In this document: piece by piece, positions 51,863 to 64,000 of the stretch
Position numbering within the stretch: position 1 is the stretch's first letter
Layout of the letters: each line of letters starts with the position of its first letter
Assembly (NCBI RefSeq): GCF_026210795.1
Contig: NC_089434.1
Span: forward strand, 434,001 to 498,000
Reading direction: 5' to 3'
DNA length: 64,000 nucleotides
DNA from: Rhizophagus irregularis
Taxonomy: Eukaryota
Position numbers and translations under genes: made by a program
The notes under the pieces: model-generated
Told to the model about the DNA's origin: nothing
The model's input: only the letters and a program-made list of their open reading frames with translations
Database searches by the model: none

Positions 51863-53849
51863 TAATTATATATTTCTAAAATCCAAAGTTTTGAATATAT
51901 CCTCAACATTATTTAATTGTATGGTAGGATTCTGTGCATGTTATAATAATTACCGGAATGAGTCTACTCGAACTCTGCTCCGTTTATCATCAAAAATATA
52001 TTTGTCATATTTGTCCTACTCGGTTAGATCTTTATTTTAATTAACGTGATAACACTATCAAATAAATTACCTTCAATATTGACATTCAATTTGCATTTGA
52101 TAAAATAATTTAATAAACGGATTAAAGGGTTTTAATATTTCTTGTTTATTATATTTTGATTTAATTTTGTAAGTAGTTACGACTTAATAAAGTATAAAAA
52201 AAAAAGAAAATTTGTCAGAATTCACAATAAATACAGAATATATATCAAACTCGCCGCACACGATACAATAATCTCTTTTTGGTAATTTATACAAAATTAT
52301 GAATTTACCCTTTATGATTATAATTATTTTGTAGTTCCTATAAATAAACATTTTACTACGTACCCAAAGTATCACTTTCATAATAAATAAATAAGTCTTG
52401 TCAAATTCTTTGTAGTATTTTATTTGTTTTTCCTTTTTATCATAATTCTCTGGTTATTTTGCCTACGGATTTACCGGTTATCAAGAACATGATTTCATCA
52501 TTTTAGAGTCGTAATTATTAAACATGGTATATGGAACAACGCATACAGTATAGAATTAAATTAAGTATGTCCCATATGCAATGTATATAGCTTAAAGTCT
52601 CAAAACTAGTCGATAATATTCTTAACGTGCTTGAAAAATAATCATTGAAAAATCTGATCTTCTGAATCCAATGAATTTTGGTTAAAATTAAAAATATTTA
52701 TGAGGATTCCCGCTGTTTACATTCTTGTTTTTTTTATTTTTTTTAAAAAAAGGATACTGTACGAAACAGTTAAACAGAAAATTATATAAAAGGAAATTCA
52801 AGTGTCACGTGGCAAAAATGTACAAGTTTTAACCTTCAATGGTTAACAAAGTTTGTTGTATTATTGACATCTTATAATATTCTTATTAAATACAATTTTA
52901 ATAATTTGTTTTACATAGTAAAATATTACTATAACCGATTAAACAACCATTGACATATAACACACAAAGTCAATACTTAAATAAAAACTTAACATTCAAG
53001 CCTATCAAACCTCACATTATACATTCAAACTTCAAACTTATATAAACTTAAAAGGCTAAAAATCAAATTTAATAACCACATTCGAAACATTGATGTTTAG
53101 TGACTCTATTATTAATAAAAAAAAATGAAGCCATTTTTCTTAAAACATTAATATCCCTGTAAAAAAAGGTCTATCCGTTTTTTATATTCCACCTTTTTTC
53201 CGTAAAAGGCTCATAATATTTCCGGAATTAATAACCTTATCCGTGAATGGATCCGTGAAAGGCTCATTTTTTACGGAGTTTTCACAGAAATAACGGATAA
53301 AATTTTTTGTAAAAAATTGACAGACTTATCTACTATTGGGGAAAAAAGAAATTTCATATGCTTAATAATTTAAATAATTTATTTCTATTTCTAGGTGGGT
53401 TTTATAAAATTTTGAGAATTACACAAAATTTACAAGTGAATTGGGCGAAATTGATAGGACTTATATATAGGGAAAAATAAGATTTCATATGTTTACAGTT
53501 TTTTTATACCTCTAGAGACAGATTTGTAAAATTTCGAATTTTATAAAAAATTATATAAATATTTGGGTAAAAGGAACTAATCTTACAGTTATAGTATTCT
53601 CAGCAAAAATTTCAGGCGATTTGGTTACAAATTGATGGACTTAGCTATAAAGGAAAAAAAAGACCGATCATATGCGGTTCGGCAATTAAACTCTTAAAAT
53701 CTGTGGTATAGAGTTGCATAATTTACTATTTTAACATCCCATTTTTAATTTCTTTCGCCAAAAATATCCAACGTGAGTTAAAATGTACTCTTACATTAAC
53801 TTACAGCATCTTGGAGTTTGTATTACATAATAATATTGCAGTGGCGCAA

Positions 53850-54734
53850 GTTGGAGAGTCAGCTTTTTGGAGTCGAAGTGGGTTTTTAGAGGGAGGTCTG
53901 GCGGGCGAACGGGTGTGTACGTAAGAAGGTAAACTTCGGAGTAGTGTGTTGGTGGAAGTTTTGGGACGCGGTTAGCTTTTTCTGGAGGTTGCTTGGTTTG
54001 GTGTTTATTGCCCTTTACCCTTTTTTCTTTCCTTTTTCTTTTCCTTTTTTCTTTGGGTTTCATTTTGGTTTGGCGCAGTAGTATTTTGGTGCATATGTTA
54101 AATGTCCTCTTAAGGTGTGGTAAAAGGTGTGGCCTATACGTTTTAGGCAAGATTTTTCAAGCAGAAGGTACCAATCAAAATTGAAGTTTGTGGATATGCC
54201 GATCAACATTGGGGAGGCCAATCATACCAAGTCACGTGTCTGCGATACGGTACATTGGAAGACGTTGAAATAAACTTCTTTGGAGAAACGTCCTGCATGC
54301 GAGAAACTATCTAAAGACTGCAGATTTCGCCGAAGGAAGGTTTTATTCTGGTTTACTGGGATATAGTACAGAGGGGATTAATCTGTCTTTAGTTAGATAA
54401 TAATCTTGATAGATTTCAAAATAGGTTTTTTAGCGATCTTGCTTTTCCTTTTTGTAATCTAAGTAGTTGTTATAGAATTTTTTTTTTATTTATAATTTAT
54501 TAGTATTAGTTCTGTTCGATATTACTCAGTTAAAGGGCTCGGGGAGCTGCTTTTACGTGAATAGCACGCTGGTTACGATAGTTTACACTTTAGAAAGAAT
54601 TCTAAAGTTTTTATATGGAGAGGTGTAGTTAGAAATAACTAGCTTCAATGTATTTTTTTTGTATTTACTAGTTAATGTAATGCGTTATCATTTACTAATA
54701 AAATGAATAAAATACGTTTATAAAAAAAAAAAAA
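53850..54734 (+). mobile_element. 5'-truncated non-LTR retroposon insertion
   Basis: Poly(A) at 54722-54736 and an 18-bp TSD AATATTGCAGTGGCGCAA (53832-53849 and 54735-54752). Confidence 0.85.
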
Positions 54735-54915
54735 AATATTGCAGTGGCGCAACATGATGTTAATATTATTGTGGTGTAACCTTTGTAAAATATAAATTTG
54801 GGCGTTAAAATTATGTAACAATTAATTTCTAATATAGGTTAATCATTAAGAATTCCTCTTAAAATGGGAAACTTTCTTTACATTTGCTACCAAAAGATAA
54901 ATATAAAATTGCATT

Positions 54916-57241
54916 TTGTCTGCTATTCGAAGAGAAGCAATTCGTGCAGCACTTAATAAATCACTTGCAATAGTAGATTATAATGTATGTGATGACATGC
55001 ACAAACAACATATATTAACAAACACTACTTGCTGATAAATCTCTTACAGAAGATGAAAAAACTGAAGCAATAAAAGAATTGTATGAAATTTATGATCGAG
55101 ATAAAATTATTTCTAATTCAGGAATAAGTAGAATTTGTGAAAATTGTAATAAAGAATGTTTAGCTACATTATATTGTGAATTTTGTATTAGAGATTATTT
55201 AAAAGCAAATTTTTCAAATTGGACATCTGGAAATAATGACATTGATAATTTAATACAAAAATGTCAGTTAGAAACGATTGAACCAGATGGAGTAATTGAA
55301 TGGATTCCATATAATGATTTACAAAATATCAAATATCTAACAAAAGGTAGCTTTTCTGAAATTTATACAGCGGTTTGGATTGATGGAGGATATGAAGAAT
55401 GGAATTCTAAGAAACAACAATTAGTAAGATTTGGAATACAAAGAGTTATACTCAAAAGATTAGAAAATGTTGAAAATGCAAATCAAAGATGGTTTGAAGA
55501 GGTGCGTAATCTAAAAAAATACTTGTATTTAAATTTTTCAAGTATTACTTATAAAATATTATTATTTTATAGGCTAAATCACATTTTAATTTAAGCAAAT
55601 TATCACAAATTGTCCAATGTTATGGTTTAACACAAGACCCATTAAATGGAAATTACATGCTTGTAATAGATACAGCAAAACTATAATCAACTTACTTGGG
55701 AAGAAAGAATTCTGATTATCCAAAATATAATTAAAGGACTATTTAGTATTCATTCACGAAATGTAATTCTAGAGATTTGCATTCTGGAAATATATTGTAT
55801 TCAAAACGAAATCAACGATTTTATATTAGTGATCTTGGATTTTGTGGACCTGCTGATAAACCATTAGAAAGTATATATGGAAATCTTCCTTATATAGCAC
55901 CTGAGGTTATTACTGGAAAGAATACTACAAAAAAATCAGATATTTATAGTATTGCAATGCTTATGTGGGAATTTCATCTGGACAACCTCCTTTTGGTGAT
56001 TATGGAAATGATTATTATCTTGCAAAGAATATTTTCAATGGTATGAGACCAAGAATAGTATCGGGAACTCCTCTAGAATATGAAAGATTAATAAAACAAT
56101 GTTGGGATGCTGATCCATCAAAAAGACCACATACTTTAACAGTTTTTGATAAAATAAGTGAAATTATTTTAAATAATCTATATGAGACAACTCAATCAAG
56201 AACAAATTTTAGTTCAGAAACAAATAAAGCAAATATAAATTATACAAGCAGCAGATTATTTACGAGTAAAATTTATCAATTTGGCGGGTTTCCCGAGCCG
56301 AGAAATGCAACTGAAGGTAAATGCTTTAATGATATTTTTCAGTTATTAATTATTTGTATTTGTATGTTATTGTACGGGCGTGCTTAATAATGGTATGGAA
56401 GCGCCACATCAGATCATTATTAAGCGCCCGTACAATAATAATTATTATGATTTAAATTAATAAAATATATATTTTGTTTAAATAATAATAGAAGAACAAG
56501 AAGGTAAGAGTGAATAATATTTTTATTTAAAAAAATTATTTTACTGCAAATGATTTATATTAATATTGGCATCTTAATTTTTAATTTTGTAGCATTTTAC
56601 AGTAAATCATATGATAATTTTTATATTCCTGATGATGGTAAATATTTACTAATTTATTTTGTCGCAAATATAAATTAGCTGAATAATTAATTGATTTTAT
56701 TTTTTATTTAGTTGATGATTTTAATAAATCAAGTAATCAGAAAAATAATGGTAGTGTCTTAAAAATTGCTTTATTTGTATAATTATTTATAGCTAAATAA
56801 AATTACAACTTTAGATGACAGTGAAGGTTTATCCAAAGATTTTAATAAGTTACAAATAAATTCAAAAGATGGTAAGTAGTAATATAGTGATCAATTTTAC
56901 TAATTTAACCATGTATTTTATTATTAGTTATATTATTTTATATTTAGAAGTTGTTCAAAATGTTTATAAAATGGACGTGACGCAACAGCAAGTAAATAAA
57001 CATTATACCGATGGTATGTGATAAATTATTATCATAAATTTTTATATTGTTTTAAATTCTGATTTATTTTATTTTATTTTTTTATAACAGATGACGATGT
57101 AACAATCCAAATCTTCGTTCAGAAGAACAAGATGGAATTGAAATTCCTGATGGTAAGTTTACTTTTTTATAATTTAAATTTTATTTGATTTTATTTACTA
57201 AATTTATATATATATACTATATATTTTTTGTAGAAATTTAA
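54916..57241 (+). pseudogene. TKL kinase pseudogene
   Basis: Start codon ATG changed to TTG, frameshifts or deletions near 55015, 55670, 55770 and 55970. The exon structure otherwise matches the paralogs. Confidence 0.85.
56367..56438. repeat. Short intronic inverted repeat (MITE remnant?)
   Basis: TTATTGTACGGGCG(TG)CTTAATAATG / CATTATTAAGCGCCCGTACAATAA. Confidence 0.6.
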
Positions 57242-57973
57242 ATTTCTTTTTACTTTATTTGAATTATTTAAACACTAAGAGTATTTAAATATCATATATA
57301 TCTTAGTTTGTAATTTAAATGATTCTGTTATAGTAACTTATTCAATTATTTATAACTTATTAAATTATCAATAAACTATAGGCGCTTTTGCGAATAAGGT
57401 TATGTCATTAACATTTTTTATAAAGAAAAAGTCAAATTCATATTAAAAAAAAATAAATCGTCCTATCAAGTATCATAAAATTTATTGTAGTATAAAGCCA
57501 ATTAATTTAAAGGAGTGGATTGATTGGCGCTGTTGGAATCGCCATAACTTCAGTTCGATTCAGTTCGATTTTATTGACGTGACTAAATTAATATATATAT
57601 ATATATTCGGGTATTCGTGGAAATAAATGCATTTTCTGACTGAAAGGCTGAAAATTTTGCGTTACTAAACAACAAGAATTTAACTTATTTTCAACGTCCT
57701 TTGGCCAATTATATATTACATTTCCGCTAATATTTAAGTGTATGTATGTTTTGATTGAATACATAGAAGCTAAAATGTTATTAAGCCAAATGTTAATGTA
57801 AATTTATTTATTATTTTTTAAAAAGTAGACAAATAGAAACAATTACAAATAAATGAAAGTTGACATAAACAATTATTAACATTTAAATAAAACTCAACCA
57901 AATAAATCTCTTAACGATTTTTTACTAAACTACCTAATATATTACCTAATATAATATATTTTTTTTCACCTTT

Positions 57974-60900
57974 TTAATTATTTAATATTATATTTAACAT
58001 TTGAGATTCTTCTTCTCTTTCTTCATCATCTATTGCATTTTCACAAAATTCTAACCTTTTTTCTAAAATTAAACCTCTATTTAAATTAATAAATTTTTCA
58101 CAATGATTTTTTAATTTTAAAGCTTTACAATTATCTGCCCATTCTGACATTTCAATTACATTATTAATATTAACACAACCATCTTTCATAATTGTAATTT
58201 CTACTATATCTTTAAGTGGTTTACATCCACTTATATCTGTAATTTTTAATAAATTGACAAGAAAATCTAAATAATAAGAATCATAATTTTCTTCTTCAGT
58301 TCGTTTTCTCAAAGTAGAACTTGCTTCTTCAAAAGATTCTCCATATAACCATCGAAGGAATACTCGGAAAGAATTTGATTGGATATAATCTAATCTAACT
58401 TCAACCTGTCTATTATCTTCTGATTCGGCTGTATGACCACAAAACATTTTCTCAAAGTATTCTGATGCAGCTATTTGAAAAAAAAAATGGTAAATACAGT
58501 GTTAATAAACAAATTATTTAATTATAAAACTTACGAACGATATTTAACTTACCAGAAAGTACATAACGACTAGCACCAATTCTTGTTCCCTCTTCACCAA
58601 CAATAAAAATAACATCATGATGTTTCGTATCAGGATGTCTTATAAGTCTTTTTAATAAATTATTATGTAATAAATCTTTTTGATCATGATAATCGTGAAT
58701 AAGATCATATTCATTAATATTTATTTCTTCCAACTCATGAGCTCCAGCAAGTTTCAATAAATCTTTATAAGGCATTATAAATTCATCAACTTTTTTTAAT
58801 CCTTTACTAATATCTTCTTGTACTCCAAATACAAGATTATCTCCTGCTACCCAATTATCATTATCAAATAAATCTTCTCCATTTAAGAATAATCTATTTT
58901 TTGTAATAAATGATATTATTATATTCTTATGAATCATTTCTTGTGAAAATTCATTCATTATTTCATAAATTTTTTCAATTATCTTCTTAATAACTTTATA
59001 ATTTTCTGAAGATTTCCAAGTTAAAGATCCTAATTTAATTTTTTCAACAACTAAAAACCAATGTTTAATAACATCAATTAAAGTTGGTTTTCCAATATTA
59101 GGAAAATATCTATAAAGTATATTATTTGGTTCAACACTTTTTTCAAATAAAGGTCTTTGAGACCAACATACTTCTTTATATTGTTGAGAACAAAGTACTG
59201 AAAAACATTCATAACCTAAAGTTACTTTAGCTTCTTCATTAAATAATCGATTTTGAAAATATTTTTCTGATGGAACGAATTTTATATTCATAATTTGATT
59301 CAATTGATCAATTGTTAAACCTAAACTAGTAATATGTCCATAGAAATAATCTGTAACATATTTTGCTCGATGTTTAACTATATTTTCTGGATAACTTTCG
59401 GATCTTCTAAATTGTGATTCAATTTCTTTTGCACATTCAATAAATGTATTAGCATTCACATGACGTTTAAGTCCGATTCTTTCTAAAGCTCCCATCAATC
59501 TTGGATTTTGTAATTCTGGAGCTAAAAATTTATCACTACCTTCAAAAACATTGAAAAATAAAGGAACGGTATTATCATATAAAGTATTTGCCTTCACCAA
59601 AGATTCATGTGTTACATTTGGAATTACTTGACATTCTTTAAGAAATTGTTCAATTTCTCCATTTTCTAAAGATAAAACCTTTTTTAAGAAATTTATATAT
59701 TCTTCAGATGGTTTTGTATATATATGTTGTGGTAAGAAATGATCTCTAACATATTCTAATTCATCAATTGAATTTGCGCCTAAGTTGAAGAGTGCATTAT
59801 AATCATTTTCGTTATCACATTTATAAAAATGTACATTTTCTTGTAAGGGAAAGAATGGAAGATTATGTGGAAGAAGGATTCCAGATTTCGCATCAATAAA
59901 TTTGTCATCACTTGAACATATTGGCCATATAGGTAATGAACGTAATGAACGAAGAATATTAGCAAATCTATCTTGTCTTCGACCATGTCCTATTTATAAA
60001 GTAGATATTAATTATCGTGAAATTAAATTTGATAATGTCAATAATCGAAAAATAATTAATAATGATTATACTTACTTATTAAATCATCAATATTATCTTT
60101 AATATAATTTCTAAATTTTTCATAATCTTTTGGTAAAAGATTACGTTCTTTAAATAATTGATCCATGGACATATTTGATGAAACACACATTCTTTCTAAG
60201 GCATTAATAATATTAACCGAATTAAATGGTAATACGCATTGTCTAATATTATGATTAGCTGAAGTTGGAAATTCCTTATTTGTGAATCGTAATTTAAGTT
60301 TCACTAATACAGGATAAAAATTTCTTTCATAATCACGTATACTAATAAGTGGATTTGTAATATCAAGTTGAACGAGTTTTTCATAAGGTTGAATCATTGG
60401 TAAAAGAGGAAATTTTGAAAGTCTAATAAAATTGATATTATCATCAACTTCAAGTTTTGACCAAATTTCTTCTAACCATTTACTATTTGGTATTGAAGTA
60501 CTATTAGGTTCATAATCTAATTCTTCAATATCATGAAATTCTAATGATAAAAGATCTAAAATTGCAGCAGAATCAAATCGTCTGATATTTGTTTGTACGG
60601 AAAATTTCTTACTTCTAAAAATTTCTAATAATGCCCCCGGTAGATCAATATGAACAAATCTTGAAGGTCCAAATTTTGGGAATAAATCTATATACTTTTG
60701 TTTCCCAATATAATAGACATTTCCAAATTTTCCAATCGAACCATCATTCAATGGAACTAATGGTAATCTATTAAGGATTTCATAAGATTCATCTATACTT
60801 TTAAGAATAAATTCAAGTAATAAGAATAATAAAGAACGAATAATTTCTTTTTTGGCAGTTTTATCATTTTGATAGAACATATGTATATATTCCTCATTTT

Positions 60901-63900
60901 TTCGTATTACGTCACAAATAGTTCTTCCACCAATCGTCGTATAAGGAAAACTACTTTGTTTAGAAATCTCCTTAAGTTGGATCAGTTTTTCCTCATCAAA
61001 TTTTAAAGATGAAACTCCCCAATATGCCAAAAGATCTGCAATCATAGGATCACTTTCTTCATGTACATTACTTTCTTTTAAGGATACAAATTTACCGCCA
61101 TTAGCTTCAGTCCAGAAAAATTTTGAATCATTTGTACCTAATTTTTTGATAACATGTAAACCATATTTTTTATATAATCCTATAATTGAATTTTTTGGAA
61201 TCGGCCAAAGATTATTTAAAGTATGTGGTTTGAAATTTATTTTTGTATCATCAGTACGAGAAGCCTTCATTTTTTCGAATCGAATGTTTTCAAGTTTAAC
61301 GATCTCTTCAAGTAATATAATATGTAATTCAGGTAAAAGATCATACATAATATATTGATTCCATTTTGCATCTTCATCATTAGCCGTCAAAAAATCAGTA
61401 GCAGATTGTATAATATTATTTCTCGCGCTAGTTAAGGAAAAATTTCCATTTAAATGAACGCTTAAATTGGTGATCATAGATAGAGATAAATAATTATAAA
61501 TTCCGCCAACGAATTCATCAGGAGGATTTGGAAACTATATGAATCATAAAAATTTTTCGATATATTTAATATTGGTGAAAAAGATATATTAATATTGGTG
61601 GAACATATATAATATTGATGAAATTATAAAATCGAAAAAAAATAAACATTACCGATTCATCTTTTAAATTATCCAACGTTTTATTAGATCGAGCGAGTAA
61701 AGCTGCGACTCCGCCTCTTGGCTTTTCAAAAAAAAAAAAAATTTAAGGTTTGTTTTTTAGTAAAAAGTTCTTAAATTCATTCAAGATCACTAATAAACTA
61801 TAATTAATTACCTTGAGTCGTTTATTCTTCATAAATTTTTTAAAATCATGTCTAGTTTTATCATGTTCTCCCGTACATATTAACCATATTTCCGAAGATT
61901 TCTTTCCCTTTATATCCATTTCAAAATCTAATTGATATACTTGTGATTTATGAACCACGCTTTTACGAATATTACGATAATTATCATTCATATTTATTTT
62001 AACTTCCCAAATCAATCGAGAATCACTATTTCCATTTGTTATATGACGTAAACTACACGATTCTACATTCCTTAAAAAGAGCATCTCGTTATTACTCTGA
62101 AAATTATCAAATATTTCCTTAATTTTAAGGACCTTTTTAGAGATTTCACTTTGTTCCGCTAATTTAGAAGTTCTTAATGGAAGTCTAAACAACGTTCCCT
62201 TAAATTCTTTTGTAAAATCACAACCTAACGCCTCATAAGGATAACATTGATCTGGAAAATGCTTCTTAAATTCCAGGTCAATAAAATTGAATCTATTACC
62301 TCTAAATCTTCTAGGAGGGTATCCTTGTGCTGGAAGATATTTTGCATTAGGGTCTAAAAATGCGATATATTTTCCACTTACAAAGCTAGGTAAATCTGTT
62401 AAATGAAAAGCACAATTAAATCCTATTCCAAATCTACCAATTTTTGTATCATCATCAGATTTTCCTCCAACTCCAAGTTTAATCAAAGATTGAAAATCTT
62501 TTGAAGTAAATTCAGCATCATTATAAATCCATATTGCGGGACCTTGCCAATCTTCCATCTCTTCTGATAAAAAAGATTTTTGTAGTTTATTATGACAAAA
62601 TGGTTTTCTTTCGTCTACTATTATGGAAAAGTGTGTGGCTTTAGCATCATCTGCGTTCTATACATAGAAGAGAAATCATTACGTTAATTCTTTAGATGTA
62701 ATTATTTTATATTAACTTCGTTCGTGTACTTACTTGAAGAAATTCTTTAAATATGGAGCTCGTCGGATAATCCTAAAAAAAAAAAAATTTAATAAATTTG
62801 TGAATTAATGTTAATGCATATATGATGATTAATGAAATTATTAAAGTTACCTCGATAATATGTTTAATTCTAGTAGTTAATAATTCATTTTGTTCATATG
62901 CATCCCAATTAATATCTCCACCGGTATTACTAATGCCAGTAATTTTTCCGGCTAAAGTTTGTAATTCCAATTCTTTAGCGATATCCAAAGTTACGAAACG
63001 ATGAGCAAGTTTATAATCTTTTTTCTCATCATCATCAAGTCTATCCTCCATATCATCAAATTGAATTTCATGTAAATTAACAAGAGTATCTTCAGTACTT
63101 GGTATTAATAATCCATCTAATTTTTCTCTTTCAATTCCTTCTCTTTTATTTTCCTTTTGTATTTTTGCGATATGTTCAAGAATTCTAATAATATTTGTGA
63201 TTTCAATCGCGGATAAGATTTTATCTTTATCCACTTTAACCATATTCTGAATAACTAAAATCAAATCCTTGATTCCAATCTCATCACGAACTCCCATATA
63301 TCTAAATAAAGATTTCATTCTATTATATTCCGTTGGAAGTTCAACAATTATAGAATTATTAACATGAAATTTATTTGGAAGATTAAAAACTACTTTTTCA
63401 GCTGGATAAAATATTTCTCCACATAAAATCCATGGATGAGTTTTTAAAGCTTTTTTTATAATCTCAAATTCTACATTAGATTTATAATCCCTTGAACGTG
63501 AATCAAAAATTTCATTAATATATTTATAAATAGCCATACAAATATCTTCCAAATTTTTTGGTGATTGTTTACTAAGTACTAATTTATAACAAAATATTAA
63601 TTGTTCTAAAACTTTTTCAACTTTAGGATAATTATCCCATCTTAAAAATTTTAAAAATTTCTTATTAACTTTTGTTTTAATTATAGGAGAAATTAAACCA
63701 ATTAAATCTTTATCTTTTTGACAATAACAATTATCAGATCTTGAAAATTTTATTTTTTCATTCATATCAATAGTTGGAATCCATTCTTTTTCTAAAATCG
63801 TTTTTGATAATAAATTATTATTAATATTACGAATAAATCTATTATTTTGTGAATCATTAATATTAAATGTATCCCATTTATCATCAATATATTTAAAAAG

Positions 63901-64000
63901 TTTGAACGCTTTGTTATGAATTAAAATTTCTTGAACGTTAGAATTTCTTCTTTGATTTATAATATTATTAATTCTATCAATAATATCGTTTGATGATAAT
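57974..64000 (-). CDS. Sacsin-like protein (HSP90-like ATPase region) with a C-terminal BTB/POZ domain; 5' end lies outside the window
   Basis: Spliced KEFLQ|NADDAKA, WQGPAIWIYNDAEFTSKDF, KIGRFGIGFN, GTLFRLPLR and VHLNGNFSL are Sacsin repeat motifs. C-terminal HDVIFIVG...SRYVLS|AASEYFEKMF...FRVFLRWLYG is BTB-like. Long ORFs are joined by short GT-AG introns. Confidence 0.88.

Noticed and set aside
57512..57570. GTTCGATT repeats suggesting a tRNA
   Set aside because: No cloverleaf and no properly spaced A-box.
59780..63004. Short ORFs overlapping the Sacsin-like gene (59780, 59902, 61146, 62822)
   Set aside because: Shadow or alternative frames of the long spliced CDS.

Overview
Very AT-rich, intron-containing eukaryotic DNA whose gene families and repeats fit a Glomeromycotina (Rhizophagus-like) arbuscular mycorrhizal fungus. 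The taxon is inferred from family recognition, not from a database search. The window holds a cluster of expanded tyrosine-kinase-like (TKL) kinase genes: two intact + strand copies, one lacking its start ATG and two pseudogenes. It also holds a - strand kinase of a second subfamily, a Sacsin-like/BTB gene running off the right edge, and a small secreted KR-repeat peptide gene. Transposons are dense and often nested: Tc1/pogo, CMC, hAT, MULE, PIF and piggyBac-like MITEs, a probable Helitron, two poly(A)/TSD retroposons, a solo LTR and a D5-helicase relic. The standout is the - strand kinase at about 36.3-40.9 kb. What looks like a 2.6-kb AT-rich satellite resolves into 27 consecutive 3-nt exons plus one 1-nt exon, each between canonical AG and GTAAG signals. 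Spliced together they give a stop-free peptide (ALNDWWIDHRFVNRNDWIDHRFVNYAFE) that links the N-terminal exons to the kinase domain in frame. This suggests a possible one-codon-per-exon diversification system. Second is a 7-kb RT-less retroposon carrying an antisense array of mini-exons whose splice signals sit inside hairpins. Third is a conserved stem-loop motif downstream of nearly every kinase gene.
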